Shown piece after piece: positions 7,774-16,920 of a DNA stretch of 32,000 bases (the first letter of the stretch is position 1; each line of letters opens with the position of its first letter). Below the pieces are notes generated by a model. It had not been told where the DNA came from, made no database searches, and saw nothing but the letters and a program-made list of their open reading frames with translations. Location of the stretch: the NCBI GenBank assembly GCA_963704705.1, contig OY969931.1, positions 750,001-782,000 of the forward strand, in the 5' to 3' direction. Position numbers and translations under genes: made by a program. Source of the DNA: an uncultured bacterium (GTDB lineage Bacteria > Patescibacteriota > Gracilibacteria > UBA1369 > PNNO01).

Positions 7774-8596
7774 ATTTATCCAAAGCGGAACTAAATGCCG
7801 ATACAGGGATCACATAACTTGTCCCCTGTTCTTCGGTATCAAAATCCAATGTCATACCAACCAGTTTTCCGCCAAGATTAATAAGCGGACCGCAACTTAA
7901 GCCACTATCAATTTCAAAATCAACCTGAATAAAACCTCCTGGAAAATCTCTAAGTGAATCGTCAGGAATTGATGAAATAATTCCTGATTTAGCTTTATCA
8001 AATGCTCCAAGAGATAACGCTTTTTGGCCAGCTTTAATTGGCTGATCATTAAATTCAAGAGTATTAAAATATTCAAATTCAGCATTGTCAGAAATTTTTA
8101 AAAGCGCTATATCGTCAGTATCATCGCGATAAACAACCTGAGCATTATAAACCTGATCATTATCAAAAATAATAAACCATGAATTTCTGTTTTTAACCAA
8201 CGACGAACAAGTGGCAATTAAACCATCTGAAGTTAAAACAAAACCCGAACCAGCAAGTGTTTGGGATGGATCATTTGTTGTTTGCGGTGAATAACCCTTA
8301 TAAAATAGATCACTGTTAATCGGCTTATTCACGGAGGTTGGTGTTTGCGTGTCTGAAATCAAAACCAAAGCTTTTGAAGCATCATCAATTGCTTCAAGTG
8401 TTGATGATTCTTCCACGTAAACCTTTTCTTCAATTACTTTTTTAACAATAGGAAACTCCTCCTCCTGTTTTTCAGTTAATTGCCCAAAAAGATAAGCAAT
8501 TAAATATTCGTTGGTTAATGCACCTCCAATAAGGCCTGTAATTAAAGCGATTGTGAAGGTTAAAGCAATGATTTTCGGAATTGAAATCTTTTTCAT
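7754..8596 (-). CDS. Membrane-anchored trypsin-fold HtrA/DegP-like protein lacking the catalytic His and lacking a PDZ domain
   Basis: GSGFVLTSDGLIATCSSLV aligns to GSG..TNxHVV, with Ser in place of His. DIALLKI retains the Asp. GLSCGPLINLGGKLVGM retains the Ser. There is no His anywhere after the N-terminal anchor. The preferred start is ATG at 8596 (MKKISIPKII), not the track start at 8635. Confidence 0.7.
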   Translation of the reverse strand: MKKISIPKIIALTFTIALITGLIGGALTNEYLIAYLFGQLTEKQEEEFPIVKKVIEEKVYVEESSTLEAIDDASKALVLISDTQTPTSVNKPINSDLFYKGYSPQTTNDPSQTLAGSGFVLTSDGLIATCSSLVKNRNSWFIIFDNDQVYNAQVVYRDDTDDIALLKISDNAEFEYFNTLEFNDQPIKAGQKALSLGAFDKAKSGIISSIPDDSLRDFPGGFIQVDFEIDSGLSCGPLINLGGKLVGMTLDFDTEEQGTSYVIPVSAFSSALDKFKTTLQ

Positions 8597-8606
8597 AATT
8601 ATTTGG

Positions 8607-8635
8607 ATTTTAGCTTTAACAATTTTTGAATGCAA
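8607..8635 (-). promoter_or_regulatory. Candidate promoter for the HtrA-like gene, giving a near-leaderless mRNA
   Basis: On the minus strand: TTGCAT (8635-8630), 17-nt spacer, TAAAAT (8612-8607). The predicted TSS is about 4 nt from the ATG at 8596. Confidence 0.45.
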
Positions 8636-8643
8636 GTTATACT
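8616..8643 (+). promoter_or_regulatory. Candidate promoter for the MTHFS-glyA pair
   Basis: TTAACA (8616-8621), 16-nt spacer, TATACT (8638-8643). Confidence 0.4.
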
Positions 8644-8667
8644 AAAATCTGGCCTATCCAATTTGTT

Positions 8668-9225
8668 ATGCAAACTAAAGCTGAAATTAGAAAGGATATA
8701 AAAGAAAAACGCGATGCTTTAGATAAAAAACAAAAAGAAATTCTGGATGAAAAAATCCAAAGCAGAGTTAATATAAGTTCTGTTTTTAAAAATGCAAAAA
8801 ATGTTTTGTTTTATGTTTCATTTGGAAATGAAGCGGATACAATTAAATTAATTACAGAAAATTTTAGTAAAAAAAATATTTTTGTTCCAAAAGTAAATGG
8901 CAGAAATCTTGAAATTTATCAAATTGAATCTATTGATGATCTTAAAACCGGTGCATTTGGGATTTTAGAACCTGTAAGCGACTCAAAAACAGAAAATTTT
9001 GATAAAATCGATATAGCTTTCATTCCAGGAATAGCCTTTGACAGAATCGGTCACAGAATTGGTTTTGGAAAAGGTTTTTATGATATCTTAAATAAAAAAT
9101 TAAATTGTTTAAAAGTTGGACTTGCATATAATTTTCAAATTGTTGAAAATATCCCTGCTGATAAGCATGACGAGCCTGTTGATTTAATAATCACTGATTC
9201 TGAAATTATAGAACCTAACATCTAA
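8668..9225 (+). CDS. 5-formyltetrahydrofolate cyclo-ligase (MTHFS)
   Basis: [15 protein letters not shown]... at the N-terminus and the [19 protein letters not shown] motif diagnostic of the family. The preferred start is ATG at 8668; the track start at 8626 is a TTG. Confidence 0.85.
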   Translation: MQTKAEIRKDIKEKRDALDKKQKEILDEKIQSRVNISSVFKNAKNVLFYVSFGNEADTIKLITENFSKKNIFVPKVNGRNLEIYQIESIDDLKTGAFGILEPVSDSKTENFDKIDIAFIPGIAFDRIGHRIGFGKGFYDILNKKLNCLKVGLAYNFQIVENIPADKHDEPVDLIITDSEIIEPNI

Positions 9226-9235
9226 CCTTACATAT

Positions 9236-10480
9236 ATGAGCGCTCTATCTAAAAATGATCCAAAAGTAAACGAAATTCTCGAAAAAGAAAAACAAAGACA
9301 GGCAGAAGGAATAGAACTAATTCCATCAGAAAACTATGCTTCTGAAGCAGTAATGGAGGCTACCGGCTCAATTTTTACAAATAAATATTCAGAAGGCTAC
9401 CCAGGTAAAAGATATTATGGCGGACAGGAAAACGTAGACCTTGTTGAACAGCTTGCAATTGATAGAGCAAAAGAATTATTTGGAGTTGAACACGTTAATG
9501 TACAGCCATATTCAGGCAGCCCTGCAAATGCAGCCGTATATTTTGGACTTTTGGAATACGGAGACACAATTATGGGACTTAAACTGGATCACGGAGGCCA
9601 TATAACTCATGGATTACCAATAAGTTTAAGCGGAAAATACTTTAATATCGCGCCTTATGGTGTTGAAAAAGAAACCGGAATGCTGAACATGGATGAAGTT
9701 CGTGAAATCGCAATTAAAAATAAGCCAAAACTTATAATTGCGGGCTACACAGCTTATCCACGAAAAATTGACTGGAAAGCATTTAAAGAAATTGCTGACG
9801 AAACAGGGGCCATTTTAATGGCTGATATTGCACACATAGCCGGTTTAATTGCAGGTGGCGCTCATGAAAGCCCGGTTCCATATTTTGATGTAATTACAAC
9901 AACAACTCATAAAACTTTGCGCGGACCAAGAGGTGCAATGATTATGTGTAAAGAAAAATACGCAAAAGATATTGATCGTGCTGTGTTCCCTGGTTTGCAA
10001 GGCGGCCCTCACGATAATACTACTGCAGCAAAAGCTGTTGCTTTTGGAGAAGCATTGCAGCCTGAATTTAAAGATTATGCAATGCAGGTTGTTAATAATG
10101 CACGTGCACTGGCTGCAAAATTAATCGAATATGGATTTAATCTTGTAACCGGTGGCACTGACAATCATTTAATTTTGATAGATCTTACAAATAAAGGTAT
10201 TCCCGGGAAAGTTGCACAGGAAGTTCTTGATAATGCAGGTATAACACTTAATAAAAATACAGTTCCTTATGATCCCCGCTCCCCTTTTGATCCAAGCGGG
10301 ATTCGGCTTGGAACACCAGCGCTTACAACAAGGGGCATGAAAGAGCCTGAAATGCATAAAGTAGCAACATTAATGGCAAGCGCTTTGGAAGAATATGAAA
10401 ATGATGAACATTTGGCAAAAATTAAAGATGAAGTTAAAGATCTTTGTAAAAGCTTCCCGGTTCCTGGAATTAAAATTTAA
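9236..10480 (+). CDS. glyA: Serine hydroxymethyltransferase
   Basis: 414 aa. It has [15 protein letters not shown] and the PLP-lysine block [13 protein letters not shown]. Confidence 0.95.
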   Translation: MSALSKNDPKVNEILEKEKQRQAEGIELIPSENYASEAVMEATGSIFTNKYSEGYPGKRYYGGQENVDLVEQLAIDRAKELFGVEHVNVQPYSGSPANAAVYFGLLEYGDTIMGLKLDHGGHITHGLPISLSGKYFNIAPYGVEKETGMLNMDEVREIAIKNKPKLIIAGYTAYPRKIDWKAFKEIADETGAILMADIAHIAGLIAGGAHESPVPYFDVITTTTHKTLRGPRGAMIMCKEKYAKDIDRAVFPGLQGGPHDNTTAAKAVAFGEALQPEFKDYAMQVVNNARALAAKLIEYGFNLVTGGTDNHLILIDLTNKGIPGKVAQEVLDNAGITLNKNTVPYDPRSPFDPSGIRLGTPALTTRGMKEPEMHKVATLMASALEEYENDEHLAKIKDEVKDLCKSFPVPGIKI

Positions 10481-12060
10481 GAATTATGTTTAAGAACGAT
10501 TAGGGTAATATCATCCATTTGTTTATAGTCACCCATAAATTCTTTAACATTCTTTAAAATTGAATTTCTTATTTCAGTTGCTGTAGGTAAACTCGCAAAC
10601 TGCTGAAGTGTTGATTTAAATCTATCCACACCATAGTTTTCCTTTTCATTTTTCCATGCTTCGGGGATACCATCAGTATATAATAAAATCACATCTCCAG
10701 GTCCAAACTGCGCAACCTGCTCTTCAACCATTTTACTTACGTCCGGAAACATTCCAAGTGCGATACCTCCCCCTTTAAGCAGGGTAACATCACCTGTTTG
10801 TGCATTAAAATGAAGCATTTGTTCGTGTCCGGCATTAACATAAGTTAAAGCTTTGTTAGTATTATCCCAGTTTAATAAACATAAAGTTATAAACATATTG
10901 GCAAGTGATTTTGCCTTTAATACTCTGTTAACTTCAATGATCACATCTTTTAATATAGGATTTTTAACATTACTGTAGAACATTGCATTTGCAATTGATC
11001 CCAAAATCCCGGAAGGCACTCCATGGCCCGTAACATCACCGACATAAAACATCACATTATTTTCATCACGCTGTAAAAAGTCATATACATCACCTCCGAT
11101 TTCTTCAGCAGGTACAAGGCCCGCAGAAACATCAACTCCTTTTAATTCAGGCAATTTTTTTGGAATTAAATCAGCCTGAATTTTCTGTGCCAATTCGAGT
11201 TCTTTTGCCACGCGTTCTTTATAAACAAGCGCTTTTGTACTATTATCAAGATCAACCGCCATTTTATTAAACGCATCTCCAAGTATTTCAAGCTCGTCAT
11301 GTGTTTTAATATTTATTCTATATTGAAAATCTCCCTGACCTATTACTCCTGCTCCTGTTGTAAGTGTTTGAATTGGTTTTGTAATTCTGTTAGCAACGAA
11401 AACAATCATAATAAGACCTATTACGATTCCTAATAATGCCAATATAAGGATTCTAATTGCACCATTTCTTATTAATGTATCTAAATATGCATAATTAACA
11501 TGATAAACAACAGCAAACTCATCCTGAACCGGATAAACAAAATACTGAACCCTTTCCAATTCTCCAATTGGGTCAACCGCGACTTCGTTTTCATCAACAT
11601 ACGAAATATCATAACCTTCTTCAAATTCCACTTTTTTCAAAAATATAACTCTTCCATCATTTGTTTTTACTGAAGGATTTTGTGATTTTAATTGCTTTAT
11701 TAAATTAGCATCCTGCACTATTCTTGTAGGTCCGCTGTATTGTTGATCTTTTTCTTCCTGAGAATCGTACAACATCTCACCGCTGTAATTGAATATCTGT
11801 ATCAAATCGATATTTTTAGTTTTGCTGAAAGTTTCTGTTATTCCACGGTTGAAATAAATAAATCCGTTTTGAGCGAGATATAAATTATAATTATTTACAA
11901 TATCATTAGCTGTTAATTCACCAAATGAACGTACTCTGAAAAATACATCTGACGTTAAACTCTTTTCCTGTTCCCTGATCAATAAAAACGCAGCAGCTCC
12001 AAACAATCCTATAATTAGGAGTGTTATAACAGCTATTAATTTTGTTTTAATTGAGTACAT
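10477..12060 (-). CDS. Membrane sensor phosphatase: TM, extracytoplasmic domain, TM, HAMP, then PP2C/SpoIIE (RsbU-like)
   Basis: Two TM segments flank a domain of about 170 aa. A HAMP-like segment ([17 protein letters not shown]...) follows. SpoIIE motifs are [18 protein letters not shown] and [10 protein letters not shown]. Confidence 0.8.
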   Translation of the reverse strand: MYSIKTKLIAVITLLIIGLFGAAAFLLIREQEKSLTSDVFFRVRSFGELTANDIVNNYNLYLAQNGFIYFNRGITETFSKTKNIDLIQIFNYSGEMLYDSQEEKDQQYSGPTRIVQDANLIKQLKSQNPSVKTNDGRVIFLKKVEFEEGYDISYVDENEVAVDPIGELERVQYFVYPVQDEFAVVYHVNYAYLDTLIRNGAIRILILALLGIVIGLIMIVFVANRITKPIQTLTTGAGVIGQGDFQYRINIKTHDELEILGDAFNKMAVDLDNSTKALVYKERVAKELELAQKIQADLIPKKLPELKGVDVSAGLVPAEEIGGDVYDFLQRDENNVMFYVGDVTGHGVPSGILGSIANAMFYSNVKNPILKDVIIEVNRVLKAKSLANMFITLCLLNWDNTNKALTYVNAGHEQMLHFNAQTGDVTLLKGGGIALGMFPDVSKMVEEQVAQFGPGDVILLYTDGIPEAWKNEKENYGVDRFKSTLQQFASLPTATEIRNSILKNVKEFMGDYKQMDDITLIVLKHNS

Positions 12061-12062
12061 AT

Positions 12063-13604
12063 TTAAATTTTAGAAACTTCAGAAGCCAAAATATATCCAT
12101 CGAGCCTCGGATGGAAATGAATACCCACCCTAATACCATAAATTGTTTCCGTTTCAAATAACGGAACACCTATAATTTCTTCATCTGTAATTATCTTCAT
12201 TATTTCTTGTAATTGTTCCAACCTTTTTTCCTGATCAAGATTTTTTAGACTTAAATCGATTAATTGATCTACTTTTTTACTGGTAAACTCTCCTCCGTTA
12301 AAATCACCTTCTGAATAAACAACATTCTCCAAAAAACCGCTTGCATCACCTAATTCGCTTCTCCAAGCCAGCAAATATATTTCGGATTCTTTTTTGAATA
12401 TTTTTTCACGTAATAATTCAAATGGTAAATAATTGATATTCGAACTTATACCAATATCATTTAACTGAGTTTTGATAAATTCTCCTATGCCTTCAGCACC
12501 TTTTACCATATCAATGGATATTGAAGGTCTTTTAAACGGATCAAAATCTCTTACTAATTCTTTTGCCTTCTCAATATCCTGTGTTTTTTTTGTAATATCA
12601 GGGTTATATCCAAAAATTCCATTACTAACAAATTGATTTGATGGTATAGCGTAACCATTTGAAAATTCAACGAAGGCCTCTTTATCAAATGCCATTGATA
12701 AAGCTTCTCTTATTCTCTTATCTTTAAAAAATTCCGAATTAAAATTAAATATTAAAAAATTCACTTCAAGACTTGGCAGAGAAATAATATTTACGGAATT
12801 CTGATCTTCCAATTCATCGGCAAAGGTTGGAGGAACATTGGCAAGTATTTGAATTTCATCGTTTTTAATTGCATCAATTCTTGAAAATTTGTTTTCAATG
12901 GTTTGCAGAAAAACATATTTATAAAACGGAAGTTTGCCCCAATAATCATCAAAACGTTCCAAAGCTATTTCATTATCTTCTTGTGCGCTTAATTTATAAG
13001 GAGCAGTGCCCACAGGTTTTTCAAAATCAGTTGTTTCCGAAGAAAATATTAAAACCGAAGCAATTCTATTAACTAAAATAGGATCAGGTTTAGTCGTATA
13101 AAATCTGACCGTTAAATCATCAACTTTTTCAATTCTATCAATTGTATTTAATAAACCTTTTAATTCAGATCCATCATATTTAAGTGCCCTGTTAAAACTC
13201 GCGATTACATCATCAGCATCGAATTTACTCATATCATGAAATAAAACATTCGGTCTTAAATTAAATTCCCATGTTGTTTCATTAATTCTTCCCCATGAAA
13301 CAGCTAATCCAGGTTGGATTTGAAGATTTCTATCGGTTTTAACCAAGGCTTCATATAAATTTAATGTACGCGCCCTGGAATTCGGATTTGAAATAACCGG
13401 ATCAAGACTTTCATAATTTACAGCATAAGCTATTCTTAATGATAAATCTGAAATATTCTGCTGAGCCTCTTTAATCGGGAAAATATCACTTAAATAATTT
13501 TTTCTGAAGTCATTAAATTCTTGCTGAAAAAATAAATATATAAGCAGGAAGCCCATTAAGGCAAAAAGTGCTAAATAAAATACTATTTTTAATATAAATT
13601 TCAT
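12063..13604 (-). CDS. ABC-type solute-binding protein, family 5 (peptide/nickel, OppA/DppA-like), N-terminally anchored. No cognate permease or ATPase is adjacent.
   Basis: 513 aa with an N-terminal hydrophobic anchor. LRPNVLFHDMSKFDADDVIASFNRA matches the family-5 SBP signature region. Confidence 0.75.
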   Translation of the reverse strand: MKFILKIVFYLALFALMGFLLIYLFFQQEFNDFRKNYLSDIFPIKEAQQNISDLSLRIAYAVNYESLDPVISNPNSRARTLNLYEALVKTDRNLQIQPGLAVSWGRINETTWEFNLRPNVLFHDMSKFDADDVIASFNRALKYDGSELKGLLNTIDRIEKVDDLTVRFYTTKPDPILVNRIASVLIFSSETTDFEKPVGTAPYKLSAQEDNEIALERFDDYWGKLPFYKYVFLQTIENKFSRIDAIKNDEIQILANVPPTFADELEDQNSVNIISLPSLEVNFLIFNFNSEFFKDKRIREALSMAFDKEAFVEFSNGYAIPSNQFVSNGIFGYNPDITKKTQDIEKAKELVRDFDPFKRPSISIDMVKGAEGIGEFIKTQLNDIGISSNINYLPFELLREKIFKKESEIYLLAWRSELGDASGFLENVVYSEGDFNGGEFTSKKVDQLIDLSLKNLDQEKRLEQLQEIMKIITDEEIIGVPLFETETIYGIRVGIHFHPRLDGYILASEVSKI

Positions 13605-13653
13605 GTTTTTTTGGCTTTTTATTTTTGTTTTTCAGATACAAAACTATCGATAT

Positions 13654-13682
13654 ATTATACTACGATTTTACGTTAAGGGCAA
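13654..13682 (-). promoter_or_regulatory. Candidate promoter of the SBP-phosphatase operon
   Basis: On the minus strand: TTGCCC (13682-13677), 17-nt spacer, TATAAT (13659-13654). Confidence 0.5.
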
Positions 13683-13689
13683 CCTTGGT

Positions 13690-15504
13690 CTAATCATCAC
13701 GTTTTAAAATAGACATGAAAGCTTCCTGTGGAATATCCACATTACCTACTTTTTTCATGCGTTTTTTTCCTTCTTTCTGCTTTTTTAACAATTTATCTTT
13801 TCTTGTACGGTCACCTCCATATAATTTTGCGGTTACGTCTTTTCTTAATGCTTTAATTGTTTCTCTTGCAATGATTTTTGCTCCAATTGCAGCCTGAATC
13901 GGCACCTCAAACTGAGTTCGTGGTATTAATTTTTTTAATTTTTTAACAATTGATACTCCTGTATGATAAGCTTCATCTCTATGAACTATTACCGATAAGG
14001 CTTCGACAACTTTTCCTCCGACCAAAATATCCAGTTTAACAAGATTTTCAGCCCTATATTCAAAGAAATCATAATTCATTGATGCATAACCTGAAGTTCC
14101 GCTTTTTAAGGCATCATAAAAATCAACTACAATTGAAGCCAAAGGTATTTCAAAAGTAATTATTACGCGATCCTGATCAATATATTGCATATTCTTATTT
14201 AATCCCCTTCTTTCCTGAACTAATTTCATAACAACGCCAACATATTCTTTTGGAGTAACAACTTCCAGTTTCATCCACGGCTCTTTAATTGCTGTTAATT
14301 TAGCTGGATCAGGAAGCTGGGCAGGACTTGAAATAAACTGCTCTGTTCCGTCAACAACAACAACAATATAAGATACAGAAGGTGAAGTAATAATTAAATT
14401 CAGATCATATTCACGTTCAAGTCTTTCCTGAACAATTTCCATATGCAGCATACCTAAAAATCCGCATCTAAAACCAAATCCAAGAGCACCTGACTGTTCA
14501 GGCTCAAAAGATAACGCGGAATCATTAATCTGAAGTTTTTCAAGTGCATCGCGAAGTAATGGATAATCGTCCCCATCAACACAAAAAATGCCAGCAAACA
14601 CATAAGGTTTTACAATATTATAACCTGCTAAAGGTTTTGCACTATTTAAATCAACTTTTTGCCTGCCCGGATGCCAGATTGTATCACCAACACGAGCCTC
14701 GGCAACTGTTTTAAGCCCAGTTACAATATAACCAACCTCACCTGGATTCAATTCTGTTGAAGGCTGATATTGAGGCCTAAAATATCCACATTCCATTACT
14801 TCAATCTCTTTTTTGGTATGAAGTAGATGTACTCTATCACCTCTTTTAATTCCCCCGCTCATTACACGTACATAAGCCACAACTCCTTTGTAGGTATCGT
14901 AAACTGAATCAAAAATTAAAGCTTTGAATTCATCATCTTTTGTTGATTCTGCAGGAGGCGGAACTTTTTGAATAACTGCCTCTAGAACTTTTTCAATATT
15001 TGTACCTTCTTTTGCAGAAACAGCAATTATTTCTTCTTTTGGAATTCCCAATGCACTTTCTATTTCTGATGAAACTTTCTCAACATCTGATGAAGGTAAA
15101 TCAATTTTATTTAAAACAGGTATGATTTCAAGATTATGATCAATTGCCATATAACAATTTGCAAGGGTTTGAGCTTGAATTCCCTGAGTTGCATCAACAA
15201 TTAAAATAGCGCCTTCACAAGCTGCTAAACTGCGTGAAACTTCATAGCTAAAATCAACATGCCCCGGAGTATCAATCAAATTTAAAATATATTCATCTCC
15301 TTCATAATTCCAATTCATTTTTACTGGCTGAAGCTTAATGGTTATGCCTCTTTCCTGTTCAATATCCATTGTATCCAAATGCTGTCCATGTTTCATATCA
15401 CGTTTATTAACAGTATTCGTTACTTCAAGAAAACGATCAGCTAATGTTGATTTTCCGTGATCAATATGCGCAATAATACAGAAATTTCGAATATTTTGTA
15501 TAAT
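13690..15504 (-). CDS. lepA: Elongation factor 4 (LepA), with 5' end extended beyond the track ORF and a probable non-canonical start
   Basis: The track ORF starts at an internal Met (15396). The same frame continues upstream as [35 protein letters not shown], which is the G1 P-loop. An in-frame stop lies at 15552-15550. There is no ATG, GTG or TTG between that stop and the P-loop. ATT at 15504 and ATA at 15501 align with the E. coli LepA N-terminus MKNIRNF. Confidence 0.85.
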   Translation of the reverse strand: MIQNIRNFCIIAHIDHGKSTLADRFLEVTNTVNKRDMKHGQHLDTMDIEQERGITIKLQPVKMNWNYEGDEYILNLIDTPGHVDFSYEVSRSLAACEGAILIVDATQGIQAQTLANCYMAIDHNLEIIPVLNKIDLPSSDVEKVSSEIESALGIPKEEIIAVSAKEGTNIEKVLEAVIQKVPPPAESTKDDEFKALIFDSVYDTYKGVVAYVRVMSGGIKRGDRVHLLHTKKEIEVMECGYFRPQYQPSTELNPGEVGYIVTGLKTVAEARVGDTIWHPGRQKVDLNSAKPLAGYNIVKPYVFAGIFCVDGDDYPLLRDALEKLQINDSALSFEPEQSGALGFGFRCGFLGMLHMEIVQERLEREYDLNLIITSPSVSYIVVVVDGTEQFISSPAQLPDPAKLTAIKEPWMKLEVVTPKEYVGVVMKLVQERRGLNKNMQYIDQDRVIITFEIPLASIVVDFYDALKSGTSGYASMNYDFFEYRAENLVKLDILVGGKVVEALSVIVHRDEAYHTGVSIVKKLKKLIPRTQFEVPIQAAIGAKIIARETIKALRKDVTAKLYGGDRTRKDKLLKKQKEGKKRMKKVGNVDIPQEAFMSILKRDD

Positions 15505-15581
15505 TTTTTTATTCAGCTGTTTCTTTATTAAAATATATCTTGGGAGATTCTATCAAAACAATGATACTTTGTAAATCATTC

Positions 15582-15610
15582 TTGAATTATAAGCCAAATT
15601 TTGATATAAT
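15582..15610 (+). promoter_or_regulatory. Strong sigma70-type promoter of the PrgI-like operon
   Basis: TTGAAT (15582-15587), 17-nt spacer, TGaTATAAT (15602-15610), about 32 nt upstream of the ATG at 15642. Confidence 0.6.
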
Positions 15611-15641
15611 AGTATGAATATAAAATAAAACAAAAAAGCTA

Positions 15642-16106
15642 ATGCAAGCGATGGTACCTCAAAATGTACAAGTTGCAGATAAAATAGTTGGTCCGCTCAC
15701 ACTTCGTCACATGATAATAATAGGAGCTGGTGGCGGGCTTGCGTATCTTGTTTATGTAATACTTGCAAGAAGTTATTATTGGGAAGTTTGGCTGCCACCT
15801 GTTGCTATTATTTCGACAATAACATTGCTAGTAGCTTTTTTAAAAATTTATAATCTGCCTTTTGGAAAATTTTTTATATTATTAATGGAATTTATTTTTG
15901 TTCCTAGAAAAAGAGCATGGGTAAAAAACAGCGGAGAAATTTTCGGTAAAAAACACATTATTGCAAAAGACACACATGAAAAAGAAAAAAAGATAATAAA
16001 AGGTGAAAAAGCTCAACAGACTTTAAAGAAAATTGACGATATCAGCCAAATCCTTGATACATACGGCAAGGAAGCACACAAATCAGCACTTAATAAACAA
16101 AAATAA
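15642..16106 (+). CDS. PrgI-family-like small membrane protein (type IV secretion associated in Gram-positive conjugation systems)
   Basis: The N-terminus VPQNVQVADKIVGPLTLRHMIIIGAGGGLAYLVYVIL matches the characteristic PrgI-family opening (vPq...eDKI.GpLTlRq followed by two TM helices). The C-terminal tail is K/E-rich. Confidence 0.6.
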   Translation: MQAMVPQNVQVADKIVGPLTLRHMIIIGAGGGLAYLVYVILARSYYWEVWLPPVAIISTITLLVAFLKIYNLPFGKFFILLMEFIFVPRKRAWVKNSGEIFGKKHIIAKDTHEKEKKIIKGEKAQQTLKKIDDISQILDTYGKEAHKSALNKQK

Positions 16107-16912
16107 TGGCACAGGACACAAAAATCAAAGCAAATGATAAAGCAATAAAAAAGGCAAACAAAGCAGCTGCAATATCAAGTTCGCAGCTATATATGAAAAT
16201 CGCTGAAATACGTGATGATACAGTTGTGTTAAAAAGCGGCGGTATAAGAGGAATTTTGAAGGTTTCAAGTATAAACTTTAATTTGAAATCTGATGATGAA
16301 CAAAATGCAATTATTTATTCATATCAGGGATTCATCAACTCTCTTGAATTCCCTATTCAAATTGTAATCAGATCAAAAAAACTTGATATAGATAATTATA
16401 TCGATCAATTAAACGACATTGGTGAAAAACAAACAAATGACCTGCTTCAAAGACAAACTTATGAATATATCGATTATATCCAACGTCTCATTGAGTTTGC
16501 GGATATTATGGAAAAGGAGTTTTTGGTAATAGTGCCTTTTGATCCATTTAGATCGGTTAAACCAAATGTACTGCAAAGATTTTTTCAAAATCTTTCACCA
16601 AAAGACACACTTGCAGAATTCTCTAAAAGAAATAAAGAATTTGCAAATTTAAAAAAGAATCTAAATCAAAGAATGAATGTTGTTAAATCTGGATTGCAAA
16701 ATACTGGTCTGCAGGTTGAACAACTCAAAACCAAAGATTTAATCGGTTTATTCTACGAAATATATAATCCCATAACATCAAGAACTCAAAAATTTGAAGA
16801 TATCACAGAAACAAATCTACGAATTGACTCCGATGTTTTGGATGAAGCTACCCGCAATGAAATCGGCAGTGATGAAGACGAAGAAGCAACATCAGGTGAA
16901 AATGTAGGATAA
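16106..16912 (+). CDS. Stand-alone protein resembling the N-terminal domain of Gram-positive VirB4/PrgJ-type T4SS ATPases. No ATPase domain.
   Basis: IAEIRDDTVVLKSGGIRGILKVSSINFNLKSDDEQNAIIYSYQGFINSLEFPIQIVIRSKKLDID ... LIGLFYEIYNP follows the pattern remembered for VirB4 N-domains (IK.I.dG.i.t.dg.y..ilev..iNF.LkS..Eq..ii..f...l......qi). There is no Walker A or B motif. It ends in an acidic tail. Its ATG overlaps the upstream stop (TAATG at 16104-16108). Confidence 0.5.
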   Translation: MAQDTKIKANDKAIKKANKAAAISSSQLYMKIAEIRDDTVVLKSGGIRGILKVSSINFNLKSDDEQNAIIYSYQGFINSLEFPIQIVIRSKKLDIDNYIDQLNDIGEKQTNDLLQRQTYEYIDYIQRLIEFADIMEKEFLVIVPFDPFRSVKPNVLQRFFQNLSPKDTLAEFSKRNKEFANLKKNLNQRMNVVKSGLQNTGLQVEQLKTKDLIGLFYEIYNPITSRTQKFEDITETNLRIDSDVLDEATRNEIGSDEDEEATSGENVG

Positions 16913-16920
16913 CTAATAAT

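Noticed and set aside
81-8085. Short antisense or alternate-frame ORFs inside the HNH gene, the 770-aa gene, the secreted protein gene, the parvulin gene and the HtrA-like gene (for example 81-296, 149-331, 214-444, 3120-3359, 3503-3691, 4460-4648, 4702-4932, 4820-5083, 6820-7065, 6927-7145, 7142-7342, 7897-8085).
   Set aside because: Each is fully nested in a longer ORF with recognisable domains or signal peptides. Their translations are low-complexity (Phe/Ile/Leu-rich), as expected for antisense frames of AT-rich genes.
8626-8635. An apparent 10-nt overlap of divergent ORF starts (7754-8635 minus strand and 8626-9225 plus strand).
   Set aside because: Both track starts are upstream extensions: a TTG at 8626, and an ATG at 8635 placed before the membrane anchor. 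The internal ATGs at 8596 and 8668 give sensible N-termini and leave room for the two divergent promoters.
13690-15396. The track's lepA model starting at Met 15396.
   Set aside because: That start would delete the G1 P-loop (AHIDHGKST), which is encoded in frame immediately upstream. The gene was extended to about 15504 with a non-canonical start.
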